DNA of 64,000 nucleotides from Acidobacteriota bacterium (GTDB lineage Bacteria; Acidobacteriota; Thermoanaerobaculia; Multivoradales; JBCCEF01): NCBI GenBank assembly GCA_039030395.1, contig JBCCEF010000003.1, positions 320,830 to 384,829 of the forward strand, read 5' to 3'. Shown piece by piece: positions 63,301 to 64,000 of this stretch (position 1 is its first letter; each line of letters starts with the position of its first letter). The notes under the pieces were generated by a model. It saw only the letters and a program-made list of their open reading frames with translations, ran no database searches and was not told where the DNA came from. The position numbers and the translations under genes were made by a program.

Positions 63301-64000
63301 CACGGTGGTCGCGGCGGGCTTTTCCAAGGTGGCGGCGAACTCCAGGGAACGCTGTTCGATCCTGCCGAGGCCGGTTCCGGCGGCGGTGGTCCCTCCGCCA
63401 TGCCGGGAGGGGGTGTCGTGCGCATCGATAGTTCCGGCCGGGCGGTAGTCGATGGCTCGGTGACCGCCCTCGGTGTGGCGTCCGATACGCGGGGTGCGGC
63501 CGGCGCGGGCGGCTCGATCCAGCTTCATGCGGACTCGGTGACCGGCGGAGGTGTTCTTCGAGCCGACGGCGGAGACGGATCCGGCCTGCACGCTGCGGGA
63601 TCCGGCGGCCGGGTCGCGGTCTATGCCGGCTCGTGGAATGCGGATCTTCCGGAGCGGATTTCCGCCGCTGGCGGCCTCGGTACCACCGACGAAGCCACCG
63701 GCGCCGCCGGCACGATCTTCCTCAAGCTCGATCACCAGCCATTGGGCGATCTCCTGCTCGACAACCAGGGCCGGGCGACAACCCAGTTCACCGAACTGCC
63801 AGCCCTCTTGCCGGGGACCGTCGGCTCGGTTACGGCCGACTCGATCACCGATCCGGCGGCGAGCTTCCCCGACGGTCTTGCGGGCGCTGAGCTGTACTTC
63901 AATGGCAGCACCGGATCGCTGTGGACGGTGGCGGACAACGACGGCCAAAGGCTGAAATTCGACGAGTCGCAGGGACCGGTGAGTGCTCAACCGGGTGACG
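51304..64000 (+). CDS. Giant secreted multidomain surface protein (>4,200 aa; 3' end beyond window)
   Basis: I hand-translated one frame from the GTG at 51304 (or the GTG at 51310, which has GGGGAG 9 nt upstream) to position 64000 without encountering a stop. The signal-like N-terminus is ...VVRCRNRGVQGLCGALGLIAFALSASLSASAQE. About 13 tandem CarboxypepD_reg-like beta-sandwich repeats lie at ~54080-57500 (GTVLGPDGQPVPFALVELYE, GFVEDASGNPVPGAVVTLRE, GRVLSPLTGEPVPSVQVSIY...). At least five Ig-like (SbsA-type) domains lie at ~57540-58780 and ~61290-61860 (P.V..vlP.dG...V......TFSEP). There are three Gly-rich ~210-230-aa units (59110-59820, 60225-60930, 63290-63770), the first two ~85-90% identical at nucleotide level. 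Two tandem ConA/LamG-like jelly-roll domains lie at ~62245-62700 and ~62790-63270 (YYRFRW ... VALY.GGN ... DD). The ORF is absent from the track only because it has no stop in the window. Confidence 0.85.
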   Translation, partial: MNVKWIREALAVVRCRNRGVQGLCGALGLIAFALSASLSASAQELGSGRLSIVGARLAASPESQTVPLSTPTIVETSLVGWNPSNGVLPSNLVVVGELSGPEISGFLSLSTSPGEPFRIPRLALEGEYRLENIRLMQDGELLSYAEPRDAAILVTQVLVTRVSSRPLTLDEVRSYGVVLGDDNFRAFNFTFGFAVDGEIIDYNLPVFYNALNPGETLTVLGQSSPQFGASSGTTSPRFKPPQMAPFTLQMESSGGGGASGLTGGCQNADGCFEDEPVSLPGVILFPSEVSLLNQFFSVVLVAKNDAPEGDPLVIRDLMARVILPPGLRMAETEPPTPLGVPVPVRVPGPDGLLGTGDDLTFLIAQAEGQAEVVVEGRQQGTHVVEFQLEGVLDGLPGGVERVTGLARGAVVVRDPTLAMTVTHPDVVRNDEQYKLSVTVTNTSSQPLNLVSVSLPPGGLSGVELLTSGQQTIPSLPPAESEVVEFGLRSLRTGRVVATSVKSGSLIDPTFELTVGVGDAGIPLSPDALILPRSVEQLPAAVQRHALGLLGLGFSLSSAPESATTSGLPRLSREQIDEKAYWLAQAGRHVALGEDSFDSLAVVAAEWAGARDRDWEWDELRRITQRGGFWASALAHTFAAEAAATSGRAAFERFARTTSFLGPLAGAVVEGSAARLEVASRTTGDRLSGEGSDPLRIRELSFADLYGLGAEGQMALLAGAEAGGYQVRLTAEGGSADTLTLWLPDGAGGSRWVDFTGIALPPGGLAIVDFAPSDSLFTLFVDRTGDGLVNEEIPGAVSTLTLRPFTAVAAVQNAEEDPSGHIVDVLLTQDLDLASLLPLDPGRFSLPGKVSNGGLVPVEEDIANHFETVAENPFEGLRNSRIVRVIFDNPISPYVAHALTIRDLSSVAGATLSGVTLPVTTTVTEPGTQVEGTVLGPDGQPVPFALVELYEVDFFYHYPTPCRRHKTAAVRADSAGRFSFDYVRQTRCSDVFTLVGTDPVSGYRGDARGRMRFAGGSQQLDILMLGRGTLRGRVSYEDGTVPESPRVVAYSPVFFEGSEARVFADGRYEVSGVPVGTVSLAATDREGSSVFQTVELPTAGSVVERDLVIIRRSPDDSTGDVQGTVFEADGITPVFDAYVALYVDGELAGVENSDLDGSFDFGTVPAGRAEIEAFDGETGLSGAQVFFDIAADQVNDIALLLSDERGTVEGTVYRQEITGQVPVAGAVVWVSGTPFSTVTDAAGFYQLDSVFAGERTVLAADLDRQLQASAAVTVNGGGAVTFRDLIFPGASVGSGISGEVLGFSGDPVPGALVHIATGGGRWWHEVATDALGRFTLPELAPGSYELHAVDGAAGASKTVTIRFEGETPFVGLRFKKGSIRGTVRFENASGDLVGVQSLVTYRTTVVQEGLVGLDWSPHTIETAADGSFEIPDALVGPYSLHVSNPFHGERRIHGDLVFHGEVAEHDVLFQENGTIRVQVLDWDGETPLPGARVDLQHPAFSLYDLIADEEGRVTFELVPPVGGRFPIEAEITSGSLFRRARGWVRFNRFGQELDIEIVMPRQGTVSGFVEDASGNPVPGAVVTLREHAFPGRWVTQNADGEGSFRFTNIFAGTVSLAAKAPSLGGLGSKATVELASEGQEVYTLLQLEATGEIVGRVLSPLTGEPVPSVQVSIYRHGHGLFDSLTAAADGTYRFQLLPLGQYRVWVFDPATGRHGEREGAWVEFNQHVREADVTLEVRGEIDGHLSDPGSGHGVPGATIRAAVHSLVPFVTYSSTDVEGYFEFLGIPESTFRLDTREPEGRRRASGSGSINAEGERVTVDLVLEASGSVTGTVLNPPGAPTGPFASVNTLIYQDGQVVGATLDNPYTFDGLIAGRSFRIEAHEVGGDHRGEATGRLESEGELVTVDVTMRPIGEAEVTVRDSFGNLVAGANVGLRSSGFYRQGAFSASTGAAGTALFTQVGEGHLSTWASSPATGLGGSAEGTLTFEGERVPLTVQLADSGAVEGVVLLSDGTTPAEEALVVLTIAGRTSQTFAAADGSFRFDAAPLGSFAIFVQERFGPGTARARGTLAANGGLVDVGTLVMDDADPAVIELLPALYSVDQSLASTVTIRFSEPLDVARFTNAWVSFRSLSGATVAYSASWIEGNATLVLTPNAPLASHTSYQVTVQDAYDPAGRQLFEPARTIFTTVDVTPPTVIDVLPRDGEIQLPVHTQMHLTFSEPVVPASLNGSSLQLTDRTTGTGVSTTWLQIADGRKAVVTPVGGLAADREYQLTIQGLEDGSGNVMTTPVITTFWTLDTTPPDIASVILPAGNSFTAGDDVPVQVDATDSWGVARVTVQVNDWTFSDESEPFEITALAPMVASAETVSLTIEAVDIHGNVASTTRDIQVDPLVNASTPETWAGCALNGDAVVPGIEIGIGVEAEDDQAIESLTAFVDGVEIGSASPVNLARGSAIFPWTPPTGASPGTSYSVRLEARDFAGNLSVHDLVVSVPTGTILVGGRSLLGPYDGEDITLAEGIFLVRNPLAFASLRVVGGASIEPPEGFTDLDLTASGEIRVQCGAEVRHGPEGRTSLSAGGDVIFAPRSSALANDVAAQNIFVGVGSDIRHAPGGWLRLAAVSSAVIGPGAVVDVTGEGFAGGADWEWFGHAPSEVSPSAAGAGGSHGGLGESTQPGYEVGESYDSVYRPTLAGGGGGPRRFNTAAPGQPGGGVIEVAASSLVLDGTLRARGSETAGQSGGAGGTVLLRVGSLSGGGLVDASGGDSPGCTAVGSMGGGGGGRIAVQADDLSGFDPVTQTRAWGGRRDRCWSHSLFAGPGTVYLRDNTSTYGRLMVDNGLDENGAERSGPTTPLPALGAGSVASFQGQGADAWLTAAEGPRAVRWLGTWVTLSDAAGLELGAFEVLSVDAAGRLLLRDAGSLSGVAEYRGEYRFDSIDLLHGAGLEASDPVSGTRVDLRGEVELEGEVHAADVVVHAGAVIRPATGGVVRMVATRSVVIEAGAVVDVTGEGFAGGAHWEWFGYAPAEVSPSSAGVGGSHGGLGQATQTGYGVGESYDSVFWPQLAGGGGGPRRFSTSAPGQPGGGVIEIETPSLLLDGELRARGGETAAQSGGGGGTVLLRVGSLAGSGLIDASGGDSPGCTSVGSMGGGGGGRIALHVDGLSGFDPATQTRAWGGERGLCWSHPRYAGPGTVYLRDAEATHGQLLVDNGLDENGTGRNSSIPTPLPSLGRGLIGMVEVDLDHPADLWVEPQDPDQRVGLGVVGVFARIQGVDYPVLAEAGDRRRFLLGGASGAVSVGDAFVGVYKFDEVVVTRGHLTLEDGVEVATLTVGPESSMASTDLDPPAIAIIAPTEGAAFTSGEAIAVAATVTDASAIDSVVFTLGSQTFTDTTPPWEWTVAAPAVTEEGDALIQVAATDAEGNVGTAQRTVHLLPLGSASLPSVAIACPSDGALLAPGTGLEVVADATHENGIEKVELFIGGSSQPVATDFAAPYSLRLNAPLEAVSGQVIAATVRATSFAGTRAEVTRHVTVVEGAVLTADTFLAAGDTRLDGGAVIVAGGTLTIEGPHSFTNLVVLDGAVVTHLESTDLASTERLDLALSGDLFVACGGGIDANGRGHRTAADTGIFAEDHFATSASLNQWQVVDEGTSQGPSSWVVSGTHLRQQSNINTSGATWGTYLLWGEELPVADYRLAVRMNSNDDDSIGVMFRYVDANNYYRFRWGSQTPGQWLERIEDGQVTLLASSSVPYRSSVWYWVEVDVSGSAIEVRIDGTTALTATDTSHSFGRVALYSAGNDGSVFDDLIVSSLEDGLEAAAHFEDNSWNNDWEIVDQPGASEGPSNWFRDGNAQYLKQTSNIYRNPDGFGTYARWLGPVPGADYRVGVNLVSGDDDHIGLHFRQSDPDNYYRFRWSRASGGAQILEKVENGRVIELVRRTAAYAQWRWYRVDIEVVGSRMQAWVNGELVLAATDSTHTEGTVALYCGGNVHSYYDDFRISSPSRSTVEGGSHGGRGGLFQGGGELQGTLFDPAEAGSGGGGPSAMPGGGVVRIDSSGRAVVDGSVTALGVASDTRGAAGAGGSIQLHADSVTGGGVLRADGGDGSGLHAAGSGGRVAVYAGSWNADLPERISAAGGLGTTDEATGAAGTIFLKLDHQPLGDLLLDNQGRATTQFTELPALLPGTVGSVTADSITDPAASFPDGLAGAELYFNGSTGSLWTVADNDGQRLKFDESQGPVSAQPGD

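Noticed and set aside
51532-63990. Six long track ORFs inside the giant gene span: antisense 51532..52935, 53158..54576, 54586..55341, 56143..57804 and 62083..63990, plus the sense-strand alternative-frame ORF 60705..62222
   Set aside because: They lie antisense to, or in an alternative frame of, a 12.7-kb uninterrupted frame. Their translations are Arg/Pro/Gly-rich low-complexity sequence typical of off-frame high-GC DNA. Only the 51304 frame yields recognisable domains.

Overview
This is a high-GC (~65-70%) bacterial chromosomal segment with dense coding on both strands. The mglB-mglA pair is near-identical in motifs to Myxococcus xanthus MglB/MglA, which by inference suggests a Myxococcota-like or related lineage. 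Housekeeping genes I recognise are tatA, rpe, bamD, the uppS-cdsA-rseP cluster, truA, the glmR(yvcK)-glmU-glmS run, tkt, a UvrD/PcrA helicase, a GNAT acetyltransferase and tRNA-Ser(GCU). Accessory content includes the MglB/MglA Ras-like GTPase polarity module next to a TPR protein. There is a conserved SxtJ-like / carbamoyltransferase / DUF5989(SxtK-like) trio followed by a DUF2318-like CxxC protein. There is a divergent GT-C/GT2 glycosyltransferase pair, a GGDEF diguanylate cyclase, a TonB-dependent receptor and a lipoprotein sulfatase. Several Sec-secreted proteins of unknown function are present. From 51304 to the window end runs a single uninterrupted ORF of more than 12.7 kb (over 4,200 aa, 3' end outside the window). 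It is absent from the ORF track, which appears to list only stop-terminated ORFs. It encodes a giant secreted multidomain surface protein. I also see a dispersed family of structured intergenic repeats (7 clear copies plus 1 degenerate), which creates spurious N-terminal ORF extensions and flanks mglBA. Many long ORFs in the track are antisense or alternative-frame artefacts of the high GC content and are rejected below. All protein-family calls rest on conserved motifs that I can read in the translations.
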